The notes below the pieces were generated by a model, which worked only from the letters and a program-made list of their open reading frames with translations, was not told the DNA's origin and made no database searches. This document shows positions 33,078-42,604 of a stretch of 55,098 nt of DNA, piece after piece. This DNA is from a virus (lineage: Duplodnaviria; Caudoviricetes): positions 1 to 55,098 of IMG/VR virus record IMGVR_UViG_3300021197_000270; one strand, 5' to 3'. The position numbers and the translations under genes are program-made. How positions within the stretch are numbered: position 1 is the stretch's first letter; each line of letters opens with the position of its first letter.

Positions 33078-34283
33078 TTAAGTTGCTGTACGGTAACAAC
33101 CAGCAATGTGAAAATCGTTTTGACCATTTACCCCTGTTGCATTTCCAACCAAAGCGTTACCATCTCCTTTAAATAACTTGACTTGGTTAGTGTTTTCACC
33201 GATTTGCATATATATGCCGGTATCGACATTGTAAAAGTTGTTGTTAAACGTGACCCAAGCACCGCCCATCTGATGATTCATTGTGCTATTTTGGTCTGAA
33301 GAAAATGGAAGATTGTCAATTTTAATTTGATTGCCGTCTGTAGACGCTGCACCGTTTGTTATGTCCAACTCAATTACAAAGAATACAAAATTACCTATCT
33401 TCGTATAAACTCCGTTTTGGTCGCCGTAGCCTGAACCAGAAAGACCACCAGTGAAAGATGGTGTGAACGTGCCTTCTTCGTAATCATCCAGCAGTTCACT
33501 TGTCATGCCACTGACATTTCCGGCTGCGCTGAAATCAATGCCGTGACCGCTTGTGCCAATCACAAGGTCGCCATCGCTAACAGTAACATCTTTATTTGTT
33601 CCAAGAACAAGCACATTAGCAGGAGAACCAGCGGACGCAGAAGTAGCGAGTGTAATCGGTTCAACCGCAAGCGTTCTAATCTTCATACCGCCAGCATCAG
33701 ACATCTGAATGTCACAACCTGTGTTGGTTGTGCTGTTGTGTTGGAATAATATTTGAGTGCCGTGAGATGCGTCAGCGTTATCTAGAAGGAGTGTTCCGAA
33801 ATCTCCACCAACCACAGATAATTTGTTTGCGGGGCTGTTAGTCCCAATACCAACTTTATCATTACCCGCATCAACAAACAGCATGTTGGCGTTGCCGTTG
33901 CTTTCGACACGGAAGTCACTATCTATACTATCTTCGTTTATAACAACTTCGCCGGGCAACATTTCTATTCTGCTACGAGATGACCCAGCAACGATTGTTA
34001 GTAATTCTAGTTCGCCATCTTCAGTGCCGTCTGTTACATCGTTTGCTTTTGCACTGATTTGTGCCGCCGATACAAAATCGCTACCTGCACTATTATCAAA
34101 TTTAAACTGAATTAACCCTGCATTATCGCCGTCAGCAGGACTACCCGAATCTCTTTGTAGCAACAAAACAGGGCCAGAGTTTGCATCAGCGTCCGTTGAC
34201 GAAAGGGTAAGCTGTGCAGTGTTGTCGGCAGTCGTAATCGTTACACCAGATAACAGGTCTGCTATTTCTTGTGCTCGGGACAT
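33078..34283 (-). CDS. Tail fibre protein
   Basis: DFRVESNGNANML, VGIGT and LDDYEEGTFTP modules. Confidence 0.8.
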   Translation of the reverse strand: MSRAQEIADLLSGVTITTADNTAQLTLSSTDADANSGPVLLLQRDSGSPADGDNAGLIQFKFDNSAGSDFVSAAQISAKANDVTDGTEDGELELLTIVAGSSRSRIEMLPGEVVINEDSIDSDFRVESNGNANMLFVDAGNDKVGIGTNSPANKLSVVGGDFGTLLLDNADASHGTQILFQHNSTTNTGCDIQMSDAGGMKIRTLAVEPITLATSASAGSPANVLVLGTNKDVTVSDGDLVIGTSGHGIDFSAAGNVSGMTSELLDDYEEGTFTPSFTGGLSGSGYGDQNGVYTKIGNFVFFVIELDITNGAASTDGNQIKIDNLPFSSDQNSTMNHQMGGAWVTFNNNFYNVDTGIYMQIGENTNQVKLFKGDGNALVGNATGVNGQNDFHIAGCYRTAT

Positions 34284-34612
34284 TAGGTGATCTCCATGAT
34301 ACTCGCTACAGTGTCTAGACTGTTAGCAACGCTAGACTGCACAATCAGGCTATGACCCGTTTCCATGACAATCTTGTTCCCAGACATATATTCAAAGCTG
34401 GATCCAACAGGTATTGGAATGTCTTTAGCCAAGAACACCATATCACCAGCGTTCAACTTGATATCTGCTGTGATTTGAGATGATCCGGTGTTTGCCAGCG
34501 TCAGACCAATAATAACTGTAGTGGTAGAGCTTGGCGCGGTGTAAACAGCCATGTCTGAATTGGCACTGCTGTTTGCACCATTAAACACCTTGTTTTTGAA
34601 GGTATTAGCCAT
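34283..34612 (-). CDS. Virion structural protein
   Basis: MANTFK...Y.AP...SIMEIT. Confidence 0.7.
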   Translation of the reverse strand: MANTFKNKVFNGANSSANSDMAVYTAPSSTTTVIIGLTLANTGSSQITADIKLNAGDMVFLAKDIPIPVGSSFEYMSGNKIVMETGHSLIVQSSVANSLDTVASIMEIT

Positions 34613-34621
34613 GATCTACCC

Positions 34622-35074
34622 CTATCCTACATCGTCAAGCAAAGCACATACGATGACCTCTGCGGTGGATGCAGACGAGATAGCGTGAACATCAGCCACG
34701 GTGGCGTTTGGCAACCTTGCCGCAAAAGCCTCGCTCGGCCCTATGGTTACGCCGTCCGCTGCACTAGAAGACGCTGTTCCAGCATCAAACACCACATAAA
34801 TGCTACGACTGTTTGAATCTACATTTTTGATAAACAAGAACTTGACCTTGTCTCCTGTAGCAACTGCGGTTGGCGCAGTATCATCATCTACAGCGGTATA
34901 GTCGGTATAAGCACCAGCAATTAGGTCAGTGCTTGAATTAGACACACTGGTCTTCTTGTAATACCACTTATCATTTGCATCAACAGGTGTGACAGTCATA
35001 CTAGCCGAGAAAGTCTTGGCAATCTCGTCTGGCAAAACTGTTGCCTGTATTGTTACGGAAGCATCATTTGCCAT
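34622..35074 (-). CDS. Virion structural protein
   Basis: AGGAG RBS; beta-rich composition. Confidence 0.7.
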   Translation of the reverse strand: MANDASVTIQATVLPDEIAKTFSASMTVTPVDANDKWYYKKTSVSNSSTDLIAGAYTDYTAVDDDTAPTAVATGDKVKFLFIKNVDSNSRSIYVVFDAGTASSSAADGVTIGPSEAFAARLPNATVADVHAISSASTAEVIVCALLDDVG

Positions 35075-35086
35075 TTTGTACTCCTA

Positions 35087-35599
35087 TCATCCGAGGGCGA
35101 TTGCTAAAGCTGTGGATTGATCAGCCACATCTGGGTTGTCGGCTACGTTAAAAGATGAAGCAACCGCTGTAACCGCTGCGCCTGAACCAGCCCCATCACA
35201 AAACACAATATCGGTCTTACCGTTTGGTATCGACACAGTGGCTCCGCTACCTTGCTGAATCGTTGCGCTGCGACTGCCAGATAAAGAGTTTTTAATAACA
35301 AAAAATTTACTAGCGGTATTAGGGGCAATCGTCACCACGTTAACACCACCTAGATCAGAACCGCTGTCTTTTATGTTTATGACAGAGAACATCCCCGTCT
35401 GAACATTGCTTTGTCCAGAGGTAGGAGAAGCTGCTCGTATGGTAAGATCAGTTGTAAGATCAGACGCTGTCAGATCCGCTGCGCCCGTTACTCGGTCAAA
35501 AATATCAAAGTTAAAATTGGTAACATCGCCCCAACTACCAGACAATTCACCTGTAGCCGGCTTTTCTATACCAAGATTTGTACTAAATGAACTTGCCAT
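35087..35599 (-). CDS. Virion structural protein (fibre-anchor-like, ends ALAIALG)
   Basis: GE.SG.WG..TN.N motif. Confidence 0.7.
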   Translation of the reverse strand: MASSFSTNLGIEKPATGELSGSWGDVTNFNFDIFDRVTGAADLTASDLTTDLTIRAASPTSGQSNVQTGMFSVINIKDSGSDLGGVNVVTIAPNTASKFFVIKNSLSGSRSATIQQGSGATVSIPNGKTDIVFCDGAGSGAAVTAVASSFNVADNPDVADQSTALAIALG

Positions 35600-35608
35600 G
35601 CATTGCTC

Positions 35609-36298
35609 CTACGCCGCTTTCTCTGTCCAATTTGGAGTCTGCGAGGGTGTTTCGTCAGACCAGGAAGGGGATGCTGCTGTAATATCCGTCCAACTTGGAG
35701 TCTGGCTAGGCACAATACTCGTGTAGACTAGGACTATACCAGCATTTCCTGTCGCTGTAACCCCCGTAACAGAATACTTGGATTCTAGGGTAACAGCGCC
35801 CGTTGCTCCCGTGCCAACAACACCTGTAGCAGACAACAATGAAGATGCCGTTACAGTTTCTGAACCTAGCGCACTGGTGCCCACATTGCCTGTAACAGCA
35901 ACCAACGCTCCAGCGGTAACTGATTCGTCACCAAAGCTAACGGTGGCCGTAACGCCTACACCCGCTACATTAGCCGCACAATTGGTCTGTTCATCACCAA
36001 CTGCGGTAGTACCTATAACATTTGTGGGGGATACAAGAGCGGTGCCAGTAACAGTCTCAGAACCAACAGCACCCGTTGCAGATGAACCGGTTGAAGCGAC
36101 TAAGGCAGAACCGGTAACAGTTTCAGAACCTAAAGCGGTGGTTCCAACGACACCCGTGACAGTAACTAATGCTCCAGCGGTAACAGTCTCAGATCCGAGA
36201 GCGGTAGTACCCGCAACACCAGTAACAACAACAGGTATTGCTTGGTTCCAAGTAAGCTGGCCCCAAGTACCTCGACCCCAACCCGTAATATTTGCCAC
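35609..36298 (-). CDS. Repetitive T/V/G-rich structural protein
   Basis: Repeated VTG..GT.ALGSETVTA units; GWG.GTWG N-terminus. Confidence 0.75.
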   Translation of the reverse strand: MANITGWGRGTWGQLTWNQAIPVVVTGVAGTTALGSETVTAGALVTVTGVVGTTALGSETVTGSALVASTGSSATGAVGSETVTGTALVSPTNVIGTTAVGDEQTNCAANVAGVGVTATVSFGDESVTAGALVAVTGNVGTSALGSETVTASSLLSATGVVGTGATGAVTLESKYSVTGVTATGNAGIVLVYTSIVPSQTPSWTDITAASPSWSDETPSQTPNWTEKAA

Positions 36299-36310
36299 GA
36301 TGCTACTCCA

Positions 36311-36763
36311 TTACGCTATGCGGATAATGGCATTACTCGCATCGGCTGTTGGGAACTGAACGGTGAAAGTACCAGAAGTAGACGTTTTATTAGATGTGAA
36401 GTCCAAAACACAAACAGCTTTGTCACTGTTAGTGTCATTGTAGATCAAAGCGCCCATTGCTGTAATTGTAGCCGTAGTAAAGCTGATATCAGCAAAATCA
36501 GTAAAAGCCGTAGTGCCGGAAGTGCTTGGTGCCACTTTCGTAAGAGCACCACCGCCTGCGGTGTATGATCCGCTGTTTGCGACCTCACCGGTTGTGGTGT
36601 AGGCGGTTGTAGCTGCGCCAAGAGTGGCTGTGGTGCTTGATTTGCCGCCGCCGCCTTCTGCGTACAAGGCCAACTTAAAAGCGTTGCCGTTTGTTGCGAA
36701 ATTATGCGTACCCAGCAACAACTCTTGTTTGAATGCGGTACACATTGCTTGTGCAATTGCCAT
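36311..36763 (-). CDS. Conserved virion structural protein
   Basis: FK.ELL.G.H.F...FKLALY...Y.AGG..L...AIIRIA. Confidence 0.8.
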   Translation of the reverse strand: MAIAQAMCTAFKQELLLGTHNFATNGNAFKLALYAEGGGGKSSTTATLGAATTAYTTTGEVANSGSYTAGGGALTKVAPSTSGTTAFTDFADISFTTATITAMGALIYNDTNSDKAVCVLDFTSNKTSTSGTFTVQFPTADASNAIIRIA

Positions 36764-37050
36764 TACAGTCTCCCTATAGCATCAGCTAATTCGTGCTGAC
36801 CAGCTTCACGAACTTTCGCGCAAATAGTAGCACGTTCTTCTCTTCTAGCCAACTCCACATAATATTGTACTAAATTTCGTACTCGATCCTTGAACGCTTC
36901 GGCCTGAAGACGAATCGGTTCTGGTGCCTCATCCGATATATATATGATCTTGTTCGCCGCCATATCGGCTATCTGATCGTTAGACAAACCACCGTTATCT
37001 GACGTAATTACGTCCACGGCGCCTACAGATCCCATGCTTATATCAAACAT
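36763..37050 (-). CDS. Conserved hypothetical protein
   Basis: GGAGG RBS; AP..IR.QA.AFK. Confidence 0.75.
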   Translation of the reverse strand: MFDISMGSVGAVDVITSDNGGLSNDQIADMAANKIIYISDEAPEPIRLQAEAFKDRVRNLVQYYVELARREERATICAKVREAGQHELADAIGRL

Positions 37051-37720
37051 TGTCATGCCTCCCAAAAATAACTGGCTCTGATTCCACTGGTTCAGGAGGA
37101 TCAAACTCTGATTGTTTGGTTATCAATAGACTTCCGTCTTGGACGGTTTGAACCAACGGGTCGTCTAGCCGGTGATATCCATACAACTTCTCATTGTCTG
37201 GGACGTTGGTGTCCAAAAGACTTGATCTATGCGCGACTTCTATCTTAATACCCTTCGACACGGCAATAGCGCACCAGAACTCAACGCAGGCTCTTCCTGA
37301 CTCAGCCATACTTACATTCTTGTATGTATAGTCTATGCCATACAAACAAATCTTACTGACCTTCGCCCAAATCGCATAAGCAACAGCATAGGCCACCGTG
37401 TTATTGAAGTAACAAAACCCCAACTCAGTCGCCACTTCTTTGAGCGGATAAAGCTCTAAGTGTTTGACTCGCTTGTCTAACTGACACGTTACTATCGGTT
37501 TTTTGTTGGTTTTCAGGAACTCACGAGCAACACCAGTTTGAGATCCGGCATTCTCAGAGTCTAAAAACCTAGACACTGGGTCCATCATGAAGGTCTTATC
37601 AACGTGAATTATTGCGCCGATACAGTTGATGCCCCATATCTCGTCAAACTCTTGAGAGGCGACTCGAGCAGATATGTAATCAGCATAGCTGCCTCCAAGC
37701 CCAACAATAGCAATCTTCAT
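37043..37720 (-). CDS. Putative sialyltransferase-like/DUF115-like glycosyltransferase-fold protein
   Basis: IAIVGLG.S, WGIN, F.MD, T.AYA...A, I.LYG.D pattern. Confidence 0.5.
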   Translation of the reverse strand: MKIAIVGLGGSYADYISARVASQEFDEIWGINCIGAIIHVDKTFMMDPVSRFLDSENAGSQTGVAREFLKTNKKPIVTCQLDKRVKHLELYPLKEVATELGFCYFNNTVAYAVAYAIWAKVSKICLYGIDYTYKNVSMAESGRACVEFWCAIAVSKGIKIEVAHRSSLLDTNVPDNEKLYGYHRLDDPLVQTVQDGSLLITKQSEFDPPEPVESEPVIFGRHDNV

Positions 37721-38571
37721 GTTCTAACTCTTCTTACCAACCCATCCCTATATGCGTCAGCGTTTTCTCTGGCTTCAGCGTAGTCCTTCAACCTAATCAA
37801 AGACTCGGAGAATCTGTCGCCGTACATCTTCATGACATCCGGCTCACCCTTCATGTAGGTGTACGCTTCAACCAAACTGCCATAGAGCATTGCATTTGGA
37901 GCGTTTTCACTAAGCCATGTCTGTGTGGTATCGGAACTGGTAGATACAACTGTGCCGGTGGCACCGCTAGTACCGCCAGTTACCGTTTCGCCTACTGTGA
38001 AGTCCGTGCTTGGAATAATAATTGTCAGTGTCGATGAAGCACCACCCGAAGAGATGGTTGTCGTTGCACCGCTAGTACCGCCAGTTATTGTCTCTGTGTC
38101 TTGAAAAGTGCCACTAACGCTACTTAAAGTTAAAACGAACGTACTAACCGTTAGACTGGTTGGTCGATAGTAATAATGCAATTCAGCCGTAAACGCTGCA
38201 TTAGGCGTGGGCGCTAATAAAAAATTGTTTGAATCAAACAATGCATAGTATTTTGGCGTTCCGGTTGCTGTAGTGCTTGGACTGTACTCTTGCAAAAAGT
38301 TCACATCCTTGTGCATCAAGAACTCTCTGTTGCCAGAGTTGACAATAGAAAGACTGAACGAAGCAAGATAATCATCAGGTACAGCTAAAAACTGATTCCC
38401 AGAAGATGTGCTTCCATTGACGTTCTTACGAAAGAAATCTAGATCTACGCTTTTGAATATGCGCTCTTCTGCGGTGGAGATAAAATCAGATAAATGAGAA
38501 ACAAAAGTAGATTCTTGGTTCTCTGTGTAATCTTTTATAGAGTTTTTTAACTCTGTATAAGTATATGTCAT
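37717..38571 (-). CDS. Head-tail adaptor/tail tubular-A-like protein with inserted repeat domain
   Basis: FI..AE.RI, G.PKYYA, APTP, LYGSL.EA..Y.K. Confidence 0.7.
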   Translation of the reverse strand: MTYTYTELKNSIKDYTENQESTFVSHLSDFISTAEERIFKSVDLDFFRKNVNGSTSSGNQFLAVPDDYLASFSLSIVNSGNREFLMHKDVNFLQEYSPSTTATGTPKYYALFDSNNFLLAPTPNAAFTAELHYYYRPTSLTVSTFVLTLSSVSGTFQDTETITGGTSGATTTISSGGASSTLTIIIPSTDFTVGETVTGGTSGATGTVVSTSSDTTQTWLSENAPNAMLYGSLVEAYTYMKGEPDVMKMYGDRFSESLIRLKDYAEARENADAYRDGLVRRVRT

Positions 38572-38882
38572 GACACACTCACCGTGACCTCCCCTACAAT
38601 TGCTTTAGCCCTAGGGGTTTCCGTAAACACTAGGTTCACCAAATCAAAGATAGGAATCTGTACGGTCTCTGGAATAATATTGCGAGTGTCTGGACGAGGA
38701 TCCCGCAAAGCCTGGGGATCCGCAACAACGCGCCTTGGTTCTAGCTGTGGGTGCTTTTCTTCAAACTCGTCAATCCCAACAAGCAAACCGTTCCATTCTT
38801 TACGCATATCGCGCAAGCGATACCGAAAGCCAGAACGATCCGATATACCGTATGCATTTTTTCCTGAAGCGTACCTAGCCAT
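38568..38882 (-). CDS. Conserved hypothetical protein
   Basis: ISDRSGFRY...EWNG.LV..DE.E.KHPQL...DPQAL..PRP. Confidence 0.8.
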   Translation of the reverse strand: MARYASGKNAYGISDRSGFRYRLRDMRKEWNGLLVGIDEFEEKHPQLEPRRVVADPQALRDPRPDTRNIIPETVQIPIFDLVNLVFTETPRAKAIVGEVTVSVS

Positions 38883-39550
38883 TACACCCTCAAATATTGA
38901 ATACTAGGTTGGAGTTTCAATGACACTCTATCTTCGTCCTCGTCAGCAGCTCTTTGGAACTCTTCCTCATATACCACTTTCAGAAGCTGAATCCTATCGG
39001 GCGCCTTCTTCATAGCCGTATAATACGCTAGACCAGCTACCATGCACGGCAAAAAGCGAAAGGGTGCATCTGTTGTGTTTTGAAGAGTATCCGCATCCTG
39101 TATTCGATTGACGTAGTAAAACACCAATGTATCTGTTGAATCATTGGGAGTAGGCCACAAGGTTATTGTCGGTGTTGTTTGTCTGTCGAAGAAAAACTGG
39201 GTTGGCCTGCCAGTGGTTGTCTTGTTCGTTAGATTTAGGTAGTCGCCCCTTGAGATCTTTGTTAAGGGCAGGTCCACACTACTGCTATCTCTAACAACAA
39301 CTTCTAAAAGATCTGCAAAGTTGGAAGTCAAAGTATAAGTAGCAGTGCCGGATGTTAGAGCTTGCGTGGCTTGATTCACCGTCCAAAGATTAAGACCTCG
39401 ATTAGCCCAATCGGCAAACATGAGATTAAGAGAACGCCTAGCAGTCTTTGCATCGTAACCGGTGCGAACCTCAAGGCCACACCGCTCATACGCTTCCTCA
39501 ATAATCTCACCTACATCAAGGTCAAAATCTCTGGAATTGGAAGTTGCCAT
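38882..39550 (-). CDS. Head-tail connector protein
   Basis: IEEAYERCG...ARRSLN...W.NRG.NLW; GRP.Q; LWP.P. Confidence 0.7.
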   Translation of the reverse strand: MATSNSRDFDLDVGEIIEEAYERCGLEVRTGYDAKTARRSLNLMFADWANRGLNLWTVNQATQALTSGTATYTLTSNFADLLEVVVRDSSSVDLPLTKISRGDYLNLTNKTTTGRPTQFFFDRQTTPTITLWPTPNDSTDTLVFYYVNRIQDADTLQNTTDAPFRFLPCMVAGLAYYTAMKKAPDRIQLLKVVYEEEFQRAADEDEDRVSLKLQPSIQYLRV

Positions 39551-39556
39551 ATCACA

Positions 39557-39706
39557 CTATCTCTTTGCTTTGACTCGTCCGCCACCACGGAATCCGGCCT
39601 TTTTCTTTTTAGCAACCATGCCGCCGCCGCGCATCATCTTCTTGCCGGTGACTGCGCCGCCGCCGCGCATCATCTTTTTCTTCATCCGTTTCATTGCACC
39701 TGCCAT
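39557..39706 (-). CDS. 49-aa basic protein with three (M/F)RGGG repeats (not in ORF track)
   Basis: AGGAG RBS; MAGAMKRMKKKMMRGGGAVTGKKMMRGGGMVAKKKKAGFRGGGRVKAKR. Confidence 0.7.
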   Translation of the reverse strand: MAGAMKRMKKKMMRGGGAVTGKKMMRGGGMVAKKKKAGFRGGGRVKAKR

Positions 39707-40242
39707 TTTAATCTCCTGTAATAGTCTTGCCGTTGCTGATATAAAGAAGAACCATCATAGTAATCTTCACAAGTGCTATAATACCCCTTCTCTCTAAGCT
39801 GATTTGAAGCCTCTTGCAGCTTGCTTAGTCGCTGCAAAAATATCATGGCATAAGGCTCCTCATCAGTCATCTCTATTTCATCGTCAAGCAAGTCGTTATC
39901 TTCTGCCTCTGGATGAAATCCCATTAGAAACATGTCTTTAGTAGAAAACACACCCTCTGCAATATCTTTGTTCATATCATCCAAAAAGGCATACATGTCG
40001 TCTAATTCTGGGTAGCAATGATCCACTAATATAATCACATCCTTTGAGTCATCCCAATCTTCTATAGACAGATACAGAATATCCCAATCTTCAGTGTCCT
40101 TAAAAACAAAACCTACTTTATCCTCTAACCAAGCCTTTTTTGCGTATGGACAGGCAGGCAGACCGTTATAGTTTTCATTTGTCTTCTCTAAAACAGAGGC
40201 AGACCATCTACGCAACTCTTTAATTACGCTCTCTTCAATCAA
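39691..40242 (-). CDS. DUF1415-like acidic protein
   Basis: L..CPYA, FHP and QRLSKL motifs. Confidence 0.55.
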   Translation of the reverse strand: MIEESVIKELRRWSASVLEKTNENYNGLPACPYAKKAWLEDKVGFVFKDTEDWDILYLSIEDWDDSKDVIILVDHCYPELDDMYAFLDDMNKDIAEGVFSTKDMFLMGFHPEAEDNDLLDDEIEMTDEEPYAMIFLQRLSKLQEASNQLREKGYYSTCEDYYDGSSLYQQRQDYYRRLKWQVQ

Positions 40243-40521
40243 TTACTTTTTCTTTCTTCGTACAGCCTTAACGCGCCTAGGCTTACCGGCAGGCTGTCCC
40301 AAACGCTTCTTCTGGGCAATACGAGACTTCTTTTCTTTGGAAGACAGTTCTTTGGTTGTCTTCGGCGTTTTGGAAGAAACCCGCTTTGACGGGCGACAAT
40401 AAGGGACACCACGTTTTTCTCCTTTCTTCCGGCCACATTTCTTGCCGGTACGAACATCCTTCCAGTCCTCTTTAAACCAACGCTTGAGAGCCAGACCTTC
40501 TTTGGTTTTTCTAACTGCCAT
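40243..40521 (-). CDS. Basic Cys-containing protein
   Basis: L.RWFKE.W.DV...CGR...PYCRPSKRV. Confidence 0.75.
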   Translation of the reverse strand: MAVRKTKEGLALKRWFKEDWKDVRTGKKCGRKKGEKRGVPYCRPSKRVSSKTPKTTKELSSKEKKSRIAQKKRLGQPAGKPRRVKAVRRKKK

Positions 40522-40655
40522 CAGGACTGCTCCACTGCACCCTTAGTTCTCTTCCTTCGCCTCGGCAAGACCTTTCCGCAACCACGCGCTACGGCTGTCC
40601 CCTCTATCTTCTTGCCTCGAAACTTCCGCTTGGGCCTTGTTACTTGAGGTCTCAT
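40521..40655 (-). CDS. 44-aa basic protein with ARGCG motif (not in ORF track)
   Basis: TGATG coupling on both sides. Confidence 0.6.
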   Translation of the reverse strand: MRPQVTRPKRKFRGKKIEGTAVARGCGKVLPRRRKRTKGAVEQS

Positions 40656-40894
40656 CAATAGGTCTTACCTTTGCGTTTAGAAGAGCCACTCTTTCTTTTA
40701 GACTTCTTATTCTTTCCTCCAGTTCCATAATTAGCCGCTCCTACTTTTCTACATTTCGCAATGGCCCCTGATGCATATGCGCTTGGAAAAACCTTGTAGC
40801 GTGCTTTAACTTTTTTATAACAAGCGTCTTTAGGCATCTTTTTCCCTCCCGGCTTACTAATCTGTTTACTCATCCGTGCTCTGTTTATAGCCAC
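40655..40894 (-). CDS. Basic protein (KDACY.KVKARY.VFPSAYASGA..KCRK)
   Basis: Conserved phage motif; start uncertain (GTG 40894 or ATG 40837). Confidence 0.7.
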   Translation of the reverse strand: MAINRARMSKQISKPGGKKMPKDACYKKVKARYKVFPSAYASGAIAKCRKVGAANYGTGGKNKKSKRKSGSSKRKGKTY

Positions 40895-41052
40895 TACAAA
40901 AACCTGTTCGCCAAAGCTGTAGCAACGATCAACGCAGCTATACCCCAAAGACGCACATCAAGCCTGTCCAACTGACGTTGAATCTCAGCATATCGCTTGT
41001 CGCACGACTCCTCGTGCTTTTCCAATTGACGCAAAACTTCTTCGGGGGTCAT
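40894..41052 (-). CDS. 52-aa coiled-coil plus C-terminal TM protein (XhlA-like; not in ORF track)
   Basis: HE..C..RY..I...L.RLD..LWG followed by hydrophobic segment; TAATG coupling. Confidence 0.7.
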   Translation of the reverse strand: MTPEEVLRQLEKHEESCDKRYAEIQRQLDRLDVRLWGIAALIVATALANRFL

Positions 41053-41336
41053 TAGCACTTCCATCGTTTACGAGCCTGTCTTAGACGGCTGTTCGGATCT
41101 TTTGCCGCCTTGGGAAACTTCTTCATCTGACCGGCAGATCTTGCACAAAACGACTTACGCCGCTTTGCTGCTTTACTGCCCTTCTTAACCTTCCCTGTAA
41201 CCGCTGTTTTTAACTTGCTTCCAGGGTTTTCTTTTCGATAACGAGCAACACCCGCCTTAGTCATACCCGCGCCAGATTTAGTAGAGCGAAAGTATTTCTT
41301 GGTCTTCGGAGGTTGCTTGTCACGCTTCCTAGGCAT
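41052..41336 (-). CDS. DUF6321-like basic protein
   Basis: RRKSFCARS.G.M......KDPNSRL..AR.RW.C. Confidence 0.75.
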   Translation of the reverse strand: MPRKRDKQPPKTKKYFRSTKSGAGMTKAGVARYRKENPGSKLKTAVTGKVKKGSKAAKRRKSFCARSAGQMKKFPKAAKDPNSRLRQARKRWKC

Positions 41337-41931
41337 GGAAGAAAGTCATCATATCAATTGTTGCAACCGTATATGAAACAGACATCCCGTCCTCAAACAG
41401 AACGCCCTGTTCAGGGATTGTCCTATCCAAGGTTGTGTTGTCTGTACCGATTGTTCTGGACTTGAATATAGTTGTCCCACTTTCCGGAGTGCCGTTGATG
41501 TAGTTGATAACACCCGCCGTACCACCAGAAACAATCGAGAAACCTTTGAGTCGTATTCTGTTGCTTCCTTGAATGGCTTCAGCGCACAGCGTCCCAGATC
41601 CAACCTTAATATTTGCTGCATACTTTGCAGAACACTCAACAGCACTCACTGTTAAAAACAGTTTCGTGCCTGCCACCGCCTCTGCACTACCAGTGGACGT
41701 TATCACTTCTGTCATGGCATTGCCAAAAACATCGGTGCCGGTGATTGTACAAGTCTTAGCGTTGTCACCAGTGCCTGTGGTGGTGACAATGACGTTTCTC
41801 GCACCGCCTCCAAGAAAGGTGGTGTTTGCCATGGTTGCACTTGTGTCTGGTCTTGCTGCCGTTACGAGACGATCATCGTCTGAAGCATTCTCATCACTGA
41901 TGAACTTTGCGGTGATGTTTGAACCCGCCAT
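41329..41931 (-). CDS. Virion structural protein
   Basis: AAGGAG RBS; IP..G.LF..G C-terminal motif. Confidence 0.7.
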   Translation of the reverse strand: MAGSNITAKFISDENASDDDRLVTAARPDTSATMANTTFLGGGARNVIVTTTGTGDNAKTCTITGTDVFGNAMTEVITSTGSAEAVAGTKLFLTVSAVECSAKYAANIKVGSGTLCAEAIQGSNRIRLKGFSIVSGGTAGVINYINGTPESGTTIFKSRTIGTDNTTLDRTIPEQGVLFEDGMSVSYTVATIDMMTFFHA

Positions 41932-41946
41932 TTTAAACTCCTTTAT

Positions 41947-41973
41947 AAAAGGAGAGGGGTTTTACCCCCTCTC
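41947..41973 (-). terminator. Probable terminator
   Basis: GAGAGGGG/CCCCTCTC stem with T run on minus strand. Confidence 0.55.
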
Positions 41974-41977
41974 ATTG

Positions 41978-42604
41978 TTAGGCTTCGTAGCCCATCAGCT
42001 CAATAAAGAGTTTACCAGCAGTGTAGTCCGCGTCTGTCGCCGCACCTGTTGTTAGATACAAAAACTGATCAGCGGCAGGAACAGCCGAGAAATAAACCTT
42101 GCTTCCAAGAGTTGCGTCACCCGCGTTAACAAGAAGTGTTTCTGTCAAATCACCAATTGCCCCGTCCTCAACACCTGTACCCTCTGTGGCAGAGTGGATA
42201 TTGATGTCGGGGTCGCCGCCAGCCGGAGCCTCAAAACATTCCATGCTACCCGTCAGGATTGTACCGTTTTTAGCAGCAGTGATCTGACCAATGTGACAAA
42301 CAAGTGCTGTACCGTTTACACCAATGATGTCGCCAGAGCCTGTTGAACGCAGACCTGTAAGATCAATAAGAATACGAGTGGTGATGATGCCGCCCATACG
42401 CTGAACTGCGCTGCGGTAGATAGTGCCGGAGCCGGTTGTGATACCCGTGCCGGCCTCTACAGCCATCGTGTTAGCATCAAAAGAAGATACACCAGTTGAA
42501 CTGATGCTTGAGAGAGTTGTAAACGCGCCTGTGGTTGCGTTCTCACTTACAGAGGTAAAGCCGCCCTTTGAGCGCACTGCACCTGAAAAGGTAGTAGTAG
42601 CCAT
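41978..42604 (-). CDS. Capsid decoration-like protein
   Basis: MA.TTFSG.VRS..GF N-terminus; directly after MCP. Confidence 0.7.
   Translation of the reverse strand: MATTTFSGAVRSKGGFTSVSENATTGAFTTLSSISSTGVSSFDANTMAVEAGTGITTGSGTIYRSAVQRMGGIITTRILIDLTGLRSTGSGDIIGVNGTALVCHIGQITAAKNGTILTGSMECFEAPAGGDPDINIHSATEGTGVEDGAIGDLTETLLVNAGDATLGSKVYFSAVPAADQFLYLTTGAATDADYTAGKLFIELMGYEA

Noticed and set aside
29974-34283. Diversity-generating retroelement or invertase-driven fibre switching
   Set aside because: No reverse transcriptase or recombinase, no adenine-specific repeat pair; repeats are direct
40543-40728. 61-aa ORF MELEERIRSL...
   Set aside because: Overlaps two genes with better coupling and conserved motifs
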